Counted from the first letter of the stretch, positions 1 through 12,593 are shown. The stretch: 40,118 bases of DNA from Nemertoderma westbladi (GCA_032718475.1 JAUCBJ010007975.1:1-40118), one strand, 5' to 3'. Program-made: numbers and translations. Notes: a model not told the origin generated them from the sequence alone.

Positions 1-860
1 AGTCACGAGTTTTTCAAAGCCACGAAAGAACGGCTTTTTAGTGTTTTGTGCTTTCTGCTTTTTAGCTCAACACTAGTAGGTTTAATTATAAGGACATATA
101 TCCTTTAACTGGCTGGCGGCTGACCAAACGCACCTGATGACTGATTGATTGTCTTAACTCAAAACAACTGGCACGATTGATCTGTCAATACTGTGTACTG
201 CTATTTGTTGTCGGTTATTCATTATATTTGTTGATGAATTATTATATTGGAATAACGAGAAATAACCCCGACACCCAATATTCTTGATATACCGAAGGTA
301 AGAGAGAAAGGTTATCAATAACGATTGTGACTTATGTTAAAGTGGTTTGAAGTGAATCTAATGTTATTTGATAGACCCTACATGAGTCAGTCTGTGTTCC
401 TTTTATATGTGACTAAATTCAGTGAAGATTGGCAGATTAGTGTGCAGTATTGTGCAGCATTGTGTGCGAGTGAGTCTGTTAAAGAAGCATTTCCTAAAGA
501 ATGTGCCATATATGTGAATTATAATTAAGCCATATCGTTGTGAGTAGTTTAAGTCATAACTCTGTTTATATAGATAAAGCGCCACGTCCTAAAGGAACTG
601 TTAATATTCCCGAAGGTGAATAATATTGTCAGAGATTATATAATACTGTCAGTCGAATAATACATTAGGCTTACATAGCAACAAAATTAAACCGTCGAAC
701 CCAATCTCCCGGGAATATCCAGCGGGTGAATGGTCGCGCACGGATTGGTTTCGACTAGTGTAGTGAATCAAATACTTGTCATAGGCTAAAAAGCGATTTA
801 ATATCTAGAAGACATCTTAATTTGGCGGGTTAAACTGCCAAAGGTCTGAAAGCGCGAACA
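1..860 (+). mobile_element. LTR (solo LTR or 3' LTR of an upstream copy) of the same BEL/Pao family, running off the window start
   Basis: Positions ~230-860 align closely with 13486-14117 and end in the same GCGCGAACA. The 5' part is clearly diverged. It is followed by a tandem repeat, not by the element's leader. Confidence 0.9.
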
Positions 861-861
861 A

Positions 862-1531
862 TGACTATCAATAGTAAGTTTGATATTTTGTGCTACTGTA
901 TATGCCGAAAACATGTGCCACATGCTAAAGTGGCACGTCTGTGTGACAGCGGAATTTGAAACTATTTACAATCGAATCAGCACCCTCTAAAACCTCTAAA
1001 TACTGAAAATTGTCAATTTCTGACTGTCACTAGTAAGTTCATATTTTGTGCCATATGCCGAAAACATGTGCCACATGCTAAAGTGGCACGTCTGTGTGAC
1101 AGCGGAATTTGAAACTATTTACAATCGAATCAGCACCCTCGAAAACCTCTAAATACTGAAAATTGTCAATTTCTGACTGTCACTAGTAAGTTCATATTTT
1201 GTGCCATATGCCTCAAACATGTGCCACGTGCCTAAGTTGTCTAATCTGTGCCACCACGGAATTTGAAACTATTTGCAATCGCCTCAGCACTCTTGGAAAC
1301 TCATGAGAACCAAAAGCTGCGGAATTCTGGCATTGTTTTTCATATTTCCCAAATATGCTAATTTTGGCACGTGCCAAGAAATGGCACAACGCCAAACATT
1401 GATAACTGGAAACCCTTCCAAACGATTCAGAACACTTGAAAACCCGTATTGGAGAAAAATTGTTCTTAAAACAAGAACACTTTCCGAATTAATGCATTTT
1501 GGCCACAAAACAAGGTTTCTGACCCACTGTG
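862..1531. repeat. ~153-bp tandem repeat (3+ decaying copies) ending in a CACTGTG terminus; probable non-autonomous Transib-like DNA transposon end
   Basis: Units start at ~862, 1021 and 1174 (GGAATTTGAAACTATTTACAATCGAATCAGCACC). CACTGTG at 1525-1531 reads CACAGTGGG on the minus strand, a typical Transib terminus. The other end was not seen. Confidence 0.55.
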
Positions 1532-1616
1532 AGATGGTATGTCCCCGCCCCCCCCCCCCCCCCCCCCGCACAGTGAACATATACAGCTGTCTTGCGCCTC
1601 ATGGTAACTCGAGTTA

Positions 1617-2085
1617 GTGCAAATCTTATAGTGGAAGCCGTTAGTACTGAAGCGGGTTATTATATGTCGGTTGGTGTAGTTTGGGTCCTGCCATCTGGGG
1701 TTTGTAAATGCCAGTGAGTTCCAAAATTGGGGATTAATCCATTAATCTCTTGTATTTTTCCGTTTATGAGAATCAGGTATTGCTTGTATACGGGTGTGTG
1801 AGTTAGATTTAGGAGCTGAACAAATTCAGATATCAAAGTGTTTTCGTTGCAGATGCTGTGACGAGACGATTTGAGGTAGATTTGTGTAGACAACATACTT
1901 CATTAAGGTAGGCGGCTTTAATTTTATCGAGTGTGACCATGTTGGTGACAGATAGAAACGGCCAAATCTCACGGAAACCGTAAAGTACAATTGGGCTTAT
2001 TTTGAGTTTGAACAGTTTTATTGCGATCTGGAGTGATAAAATGTTTGGTTTGTTGATTGAGTATGTCGCTGATAGAGCTTTATAT
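1617..2085 (-). pseudogene. Degenerate 3' fragment of a non-LTR retrotransposon ORF2
   Basis: Minus-strand translation gives IAIKLFKLKISPIVLYGFREIW...LDKIKAAYL...LHKSTSNRLV and TRFSTNGFHYKIC, typical of the LINE post-RT region; frameshifted. Confidence 0.65.
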
Positions 2086-2371
2086 ATACTATATTATAAT
2101 ACTACATATTTATTATGATTGTTAATTAACATAACAAACATTGTATTTTATTGAACTTCATAATTATTTATTTTATAGGCTATATTTTATATATTACAGT
2201 GTTTATATTATTATATTTATTATAGTAGTTTAAACAATCAGTTACCGCAACGGTACCGTTGGGTGTGAACGGGGCTTTACTGGCATAGAGATTCAGATAC
2301 TACTGTATGTCCAGACCAAGATTAGGCCCCGTGGCTGCCAGCCTGTATAGAGGTGATAATACCCGGTATTC

Positions 2372-3785
2372 ACTACTACTACAAGGATCGGCATGCTGCA
2401 TTGCAGCTGAGTTTTAAGAATGCTGTGCCGGCTTATCAACAAAATTGCACCGCCACAACTCCTATCACCCATGACATTTGCTAGATCATCCGCATCTTCA
2501 AGGCCAGTATCCTTTAAGATGCGTCTCAAGAAAGTCATGGGCTGTCCACCATGCTTATTCACTCCATGAGGCTGCCAAAGTACAAGATTATGCACTGGCT
2601 GGTCCTCACGGCGAAAACAATGTCCTGCAAAGCGGAGGCGATTTTGTTCTAGTGTCAAGCCTGGGGGAACCAATGAGACACCTCCAATGTTATTAGTGTC
2701 TGGTTGGAGATGTGTGCATTGTACTTGACACAATGAACCCGGCGTAGTATTCTTGTGAATGTGCCATCCAGAGATTTGGTGTCCTCAGCAGTTAGAGCCC
2801 AGCATGGACACCCATAGAGGAGAACTGGAACTACTGCTGCTCTAAATAATCGGACCTTAAGTGTCCGATTAATTCTCGGTGACTTCCAAATCCTTGAAAG
2901 CCTATTCAAGGCTGCCCATGCCTTTCCCTTACGTATTCGAAGGTCCTCACCTGACTTCCGGATCCATGATCCCAGGTAACAGAAGTCATCCACATGCTCA
3001 AGCATACCATCTTTTGAGCTTATGCTCATCCGATCAGAGACTTGCTGAGGACTTTCAAAGTTAACTGTCAAAATTTTGGTCTTTCTGGAGTTAATAAAAA
3101 GACCAACACTAGAAGCAGCATGTTCTAATGAGCTGAGGAGCCGTTGGGCTCCCTCTAGTGATTCTGAGAGTACTCCTAAGTCATCAGCATAGTCTAGATC
3201 AGTTAGGTACTTGACAGGATTTCCTCGACTTCTGGAGCCAGTAGGTGGAGTTATCATCACCCCATCATCATTATGATGATCTAAGGACATGCGTAAAACA
3301 TAGTCAACAACAATTATGAACAAGAATGGTGCAAGTGTGTCTCCCTGGAGGACGCCCCATAACACTTCAAATGGTTCTGTGTCACCGTCAACAGTAGACA
3401 CAAATGTTGTCGAACCATCGTATACTGATCTGATTTCTGCAATAATTTCATCAGGAATCCCATATAATGAAAGTATGCTGAACATACGTGAGCGAGAGAC
3501 TGAATCAAAGGCCGTGAAGAAGTCAACAAAGATAACAGCCTGATGCCTGTCTTTCTTTTTTGATAACTCTTCAATTATCCTTCTAAGTGCCAAAATGGGC
3601 TCCATGGTCCCACGACCTTTACAGAACCCATTCTGATTTCCACGGAGCAGTCTCTCAATGGGATCCCTGATGCGATTTAATAGAATTCTATTATATAGCT
3701 TTGCAGCAATCGAGATCAATGAGATTCCCCGAAAAGAACCATAGAGTGTTAGGTTGCCCTTCTTGGAAACTGGCACCAACTTTTT
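2372..3785 (-). mobile_element. 5'-truncated RTE-clade LINE (reverse transcriptase, frameshift near 2700)
   Basis: RT motifs KKGNL..FRGISL, NQNGF, FVDF..AFDSV, GVLQGDTLAPFLF, LDYADD, FCYLGS; C-terminal RLRFAGHC; short (GTA)n 3' tail at 2372-2382. Confidence 0.92.
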
Positions 3786-5637
3786 GTTTTCATTTCTTGT
3801 GGGACTCTTGTTGTTCGGTACTGCTACTATGATGGGATAGATGTTAATAAAACACAGGTACGGTACGGAACGGGCATAATCAGGTGATGCTGTAATGTAA
3901 TAATGATAAGGCATTGATGCCTAACACCATAATGCAGTCAGCAGTAATGGAATGCCTAACGTGCAAGTGAAGCAGTACAGTGCGAGTGCAATGAACATAC
4001 AGAATAATACACTACATTACCGAACCAATACCAGAGTACTGCAGTCAGGCAGTAGGCCTACTGAAGTAGAAGTGCACTGGCTGGCACTTAAAATTTTCGA
4101 CTGACAAATTGGCCATTTTTTGAAAATGAAAATATCTCAATTTTATAAACCTTGCCAATGAAATCAGCACCTTTTAAAACATCAGTAGCCAAATTATACA
4201 GCCAAATTACCACTTTTAGCTAATTGAAAATGTCGAGCTACTTGTAATGTTGGTGCTCTTTTAGTGTCTATTAAAAAATAAACAATGAAGGTTTTATTCT
4301 AAATTCGCTTTCGATTACTAATAATGAATTCGACTAACCAAAAAAAGCATAGTATGGTTTAATGGTTATACCCAAGACTTTGAAGTAAAGTAAATTACTC
4401 GTGTATTTTGAGTAATTTTATCAATTTCGAAAGGTGCTGATATGGTATGGGACTCCCAGGAACTCCTCTTATCTCGAAAACAACTGGAGCTATTACATTT
4501 ATATTTGTCTCAAATGAAAGGGGACATAATTTTATTCTGGCCCACTAAATTTGGGGGCTTTGCAGCAGCTTGGCGGGTCGTATCTATAGTAGGTCATGCA
4601 TTTAAAATAGATACTTGGAAAAAACTCTAGCTAGCATAAATAACAAAAAATAAATATCAAAAATACAAGATATTTTGTATGTCTTAATTCAGTGCAACCC
4701 CACCCCCTCTGAATCTTAATGAAATTGAGTGGAATATTAGCATTCGGAAGTGGCAAGTTTTAGTATCGTCTCGAGGCTATTTAATTACTTTTCAAACGCT
4801 TGTAGTTAAGGATTGAAAGCGAGGCACTACTACAGTATGTGTGTGTACCCATGGTCGGGATTTTTGTAGTAGCTAGTTTTTGCTACATTTTTTTAAATGT
4901 TCTATGTCATATTAGCTATAGTTTTGTAAAAAAAAAATGTTCTAGAACAAATATTTTTTGTTCTAAAACATTTTTTTTTAATTTATAATTCGTAATAATA
5001 CACCTTAAAATGTTAATCTGTTGCCTTTAAATACTATATTATTTAAATACTATTATTCTAGAATGTTTTTTAATGTTTACAGTAGTAGGTTCACTTTAAC
5101 TGTTTTCATTAAATAAAATGCCACGTCACGAAAACAAAAAGTGCTCTAAAGATACAAACACTATTGACATTTTCAAAGAATAGTATAAAAGAAAAGTATA
5201 ATTTTGAAACAAATTTTTTTTTAATAATAGCTAACTTGGAAAATCACTAAGCTAGCTAGCCTGATAATTTGTAATTTTTTTTTAATTTTAAATGCTTATA
5301 AATGATAAATAATCTATTCATTACACATAGTTACTAATTTTTAATAAATTTTTTTTATAATTTCTTTAAAAATAATAGCTAATTTGGAAAATTACTAGCT
5401 AGCCTGATAATTTGTATATTTAATGTTTATAGATAAATAAACTATTTATTACGCATAATAACTAATTTTTAATAAATTTTTACTTTTAAATGTTATAGAT
5501 CAAAAAATATATATTAGTTCTAGAAATTAGTTCTAATTTATTTAACCTAACAATAGCTAAAATGAAATAGAATAGTTCTAAAAAAAAAGTAGCAAAAATT
5601 AGCTATAGTAAAAAAAATATGGTTATGGGTACACATA

Positions 5638-6987
5638 TAGGGATGTCCCGGAATCGATATTTTGATTCCGGCCGGAACCGGAATTCAACATGCTGGAATA
5701 TTCCGGCCGGAATTCCGGCCGGAACCGGAATTTTGTATAATTAGTGAAATACACTAAATGACCCATGAAACTTTATATTTTTTTGTGAAATAAATGAATT
5801 TTTTAATTTCTAAAGCCAAGTTTACTAGAGATCAATCAGCACCTAGGGGCAATTAAAGTGGGTGGAGTGGAGAAACGGCCTGGCCCGTTATGGCCTTTTA
5901 TGGGACGGGAAGTACCCCCATACTTCGGCCTTAAACGACATGGAATTCATTTTTGAGAGTAATCAGCTGTTATTTGCGTCGAATTTCTCCTGGAGAGGGA
6001 TTAATTTTTATTGCGTCCAATTTTCCCCCCTATCTGAAATAATAATAATAATTCCATCTACAATAATCAACTCATGACTTATGGCACGCTGAAGGCCTGT
6101 GATTGGTTACTTTGAGTAGAAATATATAGTAAATGTGAGACGCATCTTATATATTTTAACAAATGACTTTTGACTTATGTGTTACCAGTGGAGCACGGGA
6201 ACTATACTTTTGACATACGTACTCAGACAAAATCTGACAACTACTTATGGGCCTAATGCATTTCATAAAAAATCGTCAAAGCGACAAAAGGTTTAACAAG
6301 ATGTAAATTAAGGCGGTTGTGAATTGTATACGAATACTATTGTTTAGTTTATTGTTTTGGTTAAAATAACGTGCTAATGTGTAACCTGCTCCTTTCCCTA
6401 AATTGAGAATTTAACATTGAGGCGGGATATTGATTCGCCAAGATGGGATTTGCGTCCAGCCCCCCCCCCCCCCCCCCCCCCCCTATCTCACCAATAAAGA
6501 CTGAATTCACTTTAAAAACACGGTGGCAGTAAATTTTCCCTCGTTACATAGGTTAGTTAGACTCCACCTTAGTGTAGTGGTTGCATTGAATTTACATCTC
6601 TCTGGAGGTCGAGGGTTCGATCCCCACATGAGGGCCAGGGCAGTTTTCGTTTCGGCACGAATGCTTGATGGGACTAGCCAGGGCGCATCTCTGACTTGCA
6701 TCCTTGTGGTAGCTCTAACTGCCGAATAAAAGTTTACTTGTTTATTTTTTTTACAACTACAAGTGTTGACAAGTATCTTAAACTAATTGGTAAGTAGATG
6801 TTAAAAAAATATATACATTTTGATAATAATTTAACAAACTAATTGCAACGATCAAACTAGCTAGGAACCTTGTAATTCCGGTAAAATTCCGGCCGGAATT
6901 GACCCCATTCCGGCAATTCCGGCCGGAACCGGAATCGTTCAAATACCGCCGGAATTCCGGCCGGAACGGAATTCCGGGACATCCCTA
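5638..6987. mobile_element. hAT-superfamily non-autonomous element
   Basis: 17-bp TIR TAGGGATGTCCCGGAAT / ATTCCGGGACATCCCTA; 8-bp TSD TACACATA (5630-5637, 6988-6995); subterminal TTCCGGCCGGAA arrays at both ends. Confidence 0.9.
6560..6750 (+). mobile_element. tRNA-derived SINE
   Basis: A-box TAGTGTAGTGG (~6570), B-box GGTTCGATCCC (~6614), unrelated body, AATAAA and T-rich tail; no intact cloverleaf. Confidence 0.65.
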
Positions 6988-8298
6988 TACACATACTGTA
7001 GTAGTGCCGAAAGCGAAAATAAATATTCTGACGCACCCAGTATGGATGAGGGAGGTAAAACAATATATATTTCAAATTTCATGCAATCTCATTAAGATTT
7101 GTAGAATAAATTGGTGGCCAAGTCACTGAATTAAGACACAATATTCCTGGAGATGGCGTAGGTAAGCACCAACGAAGTGGATCTGGCAATAATTACCAAT
7201 AATATATAATAATAACAGCTATTAAAATAATTTGTTTCAAAATTATAATACTTACTATTGAAAAGAATCATAAAAAAATGTTCTAGAAGACCTTTATTAT
7301 ATAATCCTTAAAATATGCAAAAAAAATTTTCAAAACGTGTGCTTATTGAATTTTGTAGGTAGAATGCAGCTTTCATGGTCGTATATTATTTAGTAGGTCA
7401 TGTTCCACTTAATCTAAAAAGTTTTATAGTTTGACGGGACAGTTAACTCCATCCCTAAAGCATTAACGGCCGGCATCCAACGGTTTTAGGTAAATCGATT
7501 AATTAACCCTATACATATTTCTAACCTTGACCTATTCGCACTAAACCCATATCAGAGAATCCGGTTAGTCGATTACCATAGCAACTGTTCAAAATACGCC
7601 TTGGAATGTCGTTTTTACTGCAAATTTCGGTGAATTTTTGCAAAATATCAATAGTTTTCGAAACCATTACCAAATACGTGTTCTCCATATTCTAAAGACA
7701 TGATAGATTCCAAATATATAGCCAATAAGCATCTTTATTTTAATGGTCGCGCTATAAAAATGTTTTCCACGAAACCATAGAAACAAACTCAAAACCGTTG
7801 GAAACTATATGGAAACTAAATTGGTATCTACAGTATGTAGAAGTACATAGGTCAGTCAAACAATAGTCGTTAGATTACAGTTAGTCTGCGCCAAACTAGA
7901 TGAAAATCCCACAAATTTGTAGTCATATTGTTGCTATGTAAAGTAAAATCCATGGTGCTAAGAAAAAAAACATAAAAATGAAAGTGATCCGAATAATTTA
8001 TATCTCTTTCAACTGTTTGAGAGATTAGCAAGATAATAAAGAATAAGAAATATTTGATTCGGATGAGTAATTGCTAATTAGTTATGCCCGCTTTATGCCA
8101 ATGTTGACAGGACTAATGATTAGTAACATATTTATATTATATAAATATTTCACTGATCTTTTTGTCTCACTTACTGTAAGTCAATTATAAAATTAATTAA
8201 TCACTTATTTTTCAAGGAAAAAGTAAAAAGTGAAATAATGACCAGATACATATGAAGAATTGTTCAAAACAAAAACAACAGATATTGTTTCGGTAACT

Positions 8299-10095
8299 TT
8301 AAGATTTATGAACAGAATCATTGTGTCTCTTAAGTTCATGTCTATTAGAAATTTGTTTATGGCAGATAGAACAATCATATTTAGAGTTTCCCATTCCTTT
8401 ATGAAAGTTGTTAACATGATTGTTTAGACTGGATTTCAGGGTGAATTCTTTGCTACAATAACCGCATTTATGCTTGATTAGTTTATGGATAGAGTCGACA
8501 TGTTTTTTTAGATAACTTTTGGTACCAAAGGATTTACCACAATCAAAACAGTTGTACTTGATATCTTTATGGGCGTAGTTTACATGGGCGTTTAGATAGT
8601 CTTGCCGGCTGAATTTTTTGTTACAATAACCGCAGTTATGTTTGATTAGTTTATGGATAGAGTCGACATGTATCTTTAGATAACTTTTGGTACCAAATGA
8701 TTTTCCACAATCAAAACAGTTGTACTTGATATCTTTATGGGCGTAGTTGACATGGGCGTTTAGATGGTCTTGCCGGCTGAATTCTTTGTTACAATAACCG
8801 CACTTATGTTTGATATCTTTATGGGCGTAGTTGACATGAGCGTTTAGACAGCCCCGAGAGTTGAATTCTTTGTTACAATAACCGCACTTATGTTTGATTA
8901 GTTTATGGATAGAGTCGACATGTTTTTTTAGATAACTTTTGGTACCAAATGATTTTCCACAATCAAAACAGTTGTACTTGATATCTTTATGGGCGTAGTT
9001 TACATGGGCGTTTAGATAGTCTTGCCGGCTGAATTCTTTGTTACAATAACCGCACTTATGTTTGATATCTTTATGGGCGAAGTTGACATGAGCGTTTAGA
9101 CTGCCCCGAGAGCTGAATTCTTTGTTACAATAACCGCACTTATGTTTGATTAGTTTATGGATTGAGTCGACATGTATCTTTAGATAACTTTTGGTACCAA
9201 ATGATTTTCCACAATCAAAACAGCTGTACTTGACATCTTTATGGGCGCAGTTGATATGGGTATTTAGATTACCTTGATGGCAGAATTCTTTATTACAATG
9301 ACCGCACTTATGTTTGATATCTTTATGGGCGCAGTTGACATGGGCGTTTAGATGGTCTTGCCGGCTGAATTCTTTGTTACAAAAACCGCACTTATGTTTA
9401 ATTAGTTTATGGATAGAGTCGATATGCATATTTACAGAACCCTTCTTTGTAAACAGTTTCTCACAATAATCGCATTTATACTTATTCTTGACGTCTTTAT
9501 GAAAGGATTCTATATGTCTCTCTAAATTTTCTCTGCCATTAAATAATTCATTGCAATGAAAACAGGAACTGGTATCTGGAGAAAATTGGAACTCCCCAAC
9601 AGCTCTACTAGAACTACCGGAATCTGTTGTTGCACAACTGATTGTCAGTTTAGTAGCGCTGCAACAATCAACGTTGTCACGAGAGGTACCGATACCAGCA
9701 GTATTACACTGTTTTCTAACAGTTCGAGTTTCTGAAAATGGATCAATAACTATACAACCTTCAGATTTTACACTAATAAATTGCAAACCACAAGCTGAAT
9801 GTTGAATATGAATATTTGCATCTTCAGTTTCTATAGGCCTACCATACGAACAGTTTGGGCTGTCGTTTTCCTGTTTTTTGACAACAAAATAATCTCCAGG
9901 AATATCTTCGTCATCTTGTACAGGGACATCATCTACTCCACCAAACAAATTGTTTTGATTTTCGATAGATGATCCGTAAACGCAGTTCTCCTGTTTAACT
10001 TCAAGAGGATAGGGAGCACAGTCTGGTGGTTCTTTCTTTATAATTATCCCGGCACTGGAGGATTTTTTCTTCAATACATTAATTTGTTGATTCAT
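8299..10095 (-). CDS. C2H2 zinc-finger protein with 15 tandem fingers and an acidic/low-complexity N-terminus (may have upstream exons)
   Basis: Uninterrupted ORF of ~598 aa from ATG 10095; 15 CX2CX12HX4H fingers mostly at a 28-aa period; IKKEP/VKQE/VKSE motifs in the N-terminus. Confidence 0.92.
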   Translation of the reverse strand: MNQQINVLKKKSSSAGIIIKKEPPDCAPYPLEVKQENCVYGSSIENQNNLFGGVDDVPVQDDEDIPGDYFVVKKQENDSPNCSYGRPIETEDANIHIQHSACGLQFISVKSEGCIVIDPFSETRTVRKQCNTAGIGTSRDNVDCCSATKLTISCATTDSGSSSRAVGEFQFSPDTSSCFHCNELFNGRENLERHIESFHKDVKNKYKCDYCEKLFTKKGSVNMHIDSIHKLIKHKCGFCNKEFSRQDHLNAHVNCAHKDIKHKCGHCNKEFCHQGNLNTHINCAHKDVKYSCFDCGKSFGTKSYLKIHVDSIHKLIKHKCGYCNKEFSSRGSLNAHVNFAHKDIKHKCGYCNKEFSRQDYLNAHVNYAHKDIKYNCFDCGKSFGTKSYLKKHVDSIHKLIKHKCGYCNKEFNSRGCLNAHVNYAHKDIKHKCGYCNKEFSRQDHLNAHVNYAHKDIKYNCFDCGKSFGTKSYLKIHVDSIHKLIKHNCGYCNKKFSRQDYLNAHVNYAHKDIKYNCFDCGKSFGTKSYLKKHVDSIHKLIKHKCGYCSKEFTLKSSLNNHVNNFHKGMGNSKYDCSICHKQISNRHELKRHNDSVHKS

Positions 10096-11458
10096 TATCA
10101 AATCTTAATTATTATATAGGCCTATTAATAATTCGAATTATACAGGTGATTTCTTACCAAGCCTATTCGCTATTGTAAATAGATTTCAGTGTGCAGAAGT
10201 AGGCAGTTAGGCATACATTCCGTAACGTGTACAATTAACAATTGTACAAAATGTACATGTACTGTAGATGCAATATCTTTCTCTAACAGTAAATGAGCTT
10301 GTAACAATTACATCCAGACATCATAAAGGGAACCAAAACAATAAATGTATGTATGATTTTTTTGTGTGATATAAGTGTTTACTTTTAGATTTAGACTGCT
10401 TAAACTGTAAAAGTACCGCTAAAATGTAATAAACATTGTATTTGGTAAATTAGGCCTACTACATTCCCGTACACTGTATGCCACATGACTCCGGAGCCGA
10501 CGATCTTCCTATTCCACAATCAGCCAATCCATGCAGCCATGGGCTGGACGTTCCCTAACCCGGGATCAGGAACCGATCCCAGCACTGCGAGCATCGAGTC
10601 TAAGTCCAACTAACCCTTGGTACGTCGGTACTTGGACTTACACAGTTAGAGGTCAAGGCGCTAATCTAATCTGTTGTTATTCGACAGGCGGAATTTGATG
10701 CGGCGTCGGACTGTCGGAGGTGGTAGGGAAGGGAGGCCTTCCGGTGTACAAGTAGGAGAGGAGTGTATGTAGGTCTGGAAATCGGTACCCTGCTTGTTAG
10801 CTGGCTCGTACCATTGCCATATATCACCCCAGCCTAGAATTATGCAAACGTTAAATAGCCAGGATCAGAGGATGTTGGAAAAAGAGTCATTATAAATCTC
10901 GGTTGGCTATACTGAATTAATTATCCAGGCAGCCAGGCGGCGGCAAACTGGTAGTACCATTACTGCTGCGCATCCCGGCAGCCCGGGCCGGGGCTGACCC
11001 TGACAGGCTAACAGACACCAGCTGTCACTCATCCTCACCTGGCCCGGCTCCTGAACCTCCCTGTTTATTTGCCAACGGTAGCGAAGTAGGGCAGACCGGA
11101 CAATACAGCAATACCTAGCAGCCTAGCTGCCTAGCCTCGATCAAACCTCAGAACCTAGATAATACCTACTGACCTAGAAATTTTACTTTTATGACCCCTT
11201 TTATTGCAGTATTGTTCTTATGACAGTATGACCCCCCTTTTTTTTCCGACATTTGGTTCTAGGCCTACCGTATCACTTTTGCGTACCGATGGATGTTAGT
11301 ATCATAGGCCTACCTGCCTACTGCCATATACCAATACCGGTACATGATTGCTTGGCTACTGACTTCTTACTACAGTACTACAATCAACATCGGTATTTTT
11401 TGGGTTATAGAGTGACTACTGGACTAGGGGTACCGGTACTGACTGTCTGACCATAATG

Positions 11459-11615
11459 GTTTCCCTCAATTGGTAAAGTGATCGTTTATTGCTCTGGTTA
11501 TAAAAGCCTGCCTCTGTAACCTGCTCATTTCCCTCAATTGGTAAAGTAGCCGTTTATTGTTTTGGTTAGAAAAGCATGCCTCTGTAACCGTAACCTGCTC
11601 CTTTCCCTCAATTGA
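11459..11615. repeat. ~68-bp tandem repeat (2.3 copies) related to the MITE interior at 6335-6410 and 37710-37780
   Basis: TTTCCCTCAATTG..GTTTATTG..TGTAACCTGCTC repeated. Confidence 0.7.
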
Positions 11616-11809
11616 GTGTTTTTCACTGTTTCTGAAACCCAACGGCTGAACGGTGTTTTGGACACTATTGAAGAAAAAAAAATGTCCATCGGTACGCTAT
11701 TGTGACTTCCCCGACATTCAGACTATCGGGAAGGCAAGTCGTATCAGGTTGTAATGGTCGTAAAATACGTAGCCAGGCTGAGATTATTACTGTAGATGTG
11801 CAATCACGG

Positions 11810-12593
11810 TTATAAACACAGTTCAACTTCTGAACTTAGTTTTCCGTCATCAGTTAGAGTAGAGTAGATTTCTACCCAATACTCGGGCACTCCATATGCT
11901 CTATTAGTTGTTTTGATGATGTTACATTCCCGATTTATACCGAATAACTCGTTCAAGTCATCTCCAACCTCACCTATATCGGGTTTATTTTCCAGTTGGT
12001 CCTCTGTCTTAATGCGTAGGATAATTGGAACATCCGACTGGTCCGATGGAGGTTGGGTAGAATAATGGTTTGATTCGGTTGTGGTTACTATTGAAATTGG
12101 GTTTGGCCTGGTGTCTACCAGACTCAGTTTGGGGTTCATTTGTATTTGTTCCCCCGGGAGGTCTGTCTGGTTGAGAAGTAGTAACGTCGCCAAAGGCTGC
12201 ATAGAGGAGAGTTCGGTATGTGGGATGTGTTGATTCGAGTTTCGAGATCTCTGGTGGATTCCAATTCCGGTCGCAGGATTGTCATTGTGTCGTAACCTAG
12301 TTCTTCGATCTGTCATCGTTGACGCCGATATCCTCATTGGACTCTGTGGCAGACTGGTCTCGCACGGTACCCGGTATAGTCGGGACAGCGGCCAGTGATT
12401 CGGTTATGTTGGTGGTGGCGGCATTCTTAAACCCAGAGGAGAGTGAACGCTGCAGCAGCCACTCAGCAATATGACCAGCCGTACAATAATTAAGAACGTA
12501 CTGGTAATAGTCCAGAAAACTTGAGTTTGCGTCCAGGTATTCCGCTCTATCCTGAATCCGTACCAGTGATAAACTCCTCTCCCCTGTCAACAT
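11810..12593 (-). pseudogene. Possible frameshifted coding remnant or exon(s) of unknown function
   Basis: Two overlapping ORFs (98 and 175 aa) in a GC-richer segment; IKTED motif; TTGACAG acceptor-like site near 12585. No recognisable domain. Confidence 0.3.

Larger units (their letters stand above)
4823..7008. mobile_element. Merlin-like non-autonomous DNA transposon (GG termini, 8-bp TSD)
   Basis: TIR GGCACTACTACAGTATGTG..TACCCAT on the left. The right TIR ATGGGTACACATA|CTGTAGTAGTGCC is split by the hAT insertion. TSD GAAAGCGA at 4815-4822 and 7009-7016. Confidence 0.75.
4666..7149. mobile_element. Old Tc1/mariner-like non-autonomous TIR element (outermost layer of a nest)
   Basis: Inverted termini GTCTTAATTCAGTG (4681) / CACTGAATTAAGAC (7124) and AATCTTAATGAAATTG / CAATCTCATTAAGATT. 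The left end is TA|CA; the right-end TA is not preserved. Confidence 0.5.

Noticed and set aside
3786-3914. N-terminal 43 aa of the 419-aa RTE ORF
   Set aside because: RT similarity begins at about KLVPVSKKG; the upstream part is probably flanking DNA read in frame.
10485-11060. GC-rich segment with hairpins as an ncRNA or HDV-like ribozyme
   Set aside because: Some short stems exist (TAAGTCCAA/TTGGACTTA, GGGATC/GATCCC) but there is no recognisable fold or second copy; it may simply be promoter/UTR or TE remnant.
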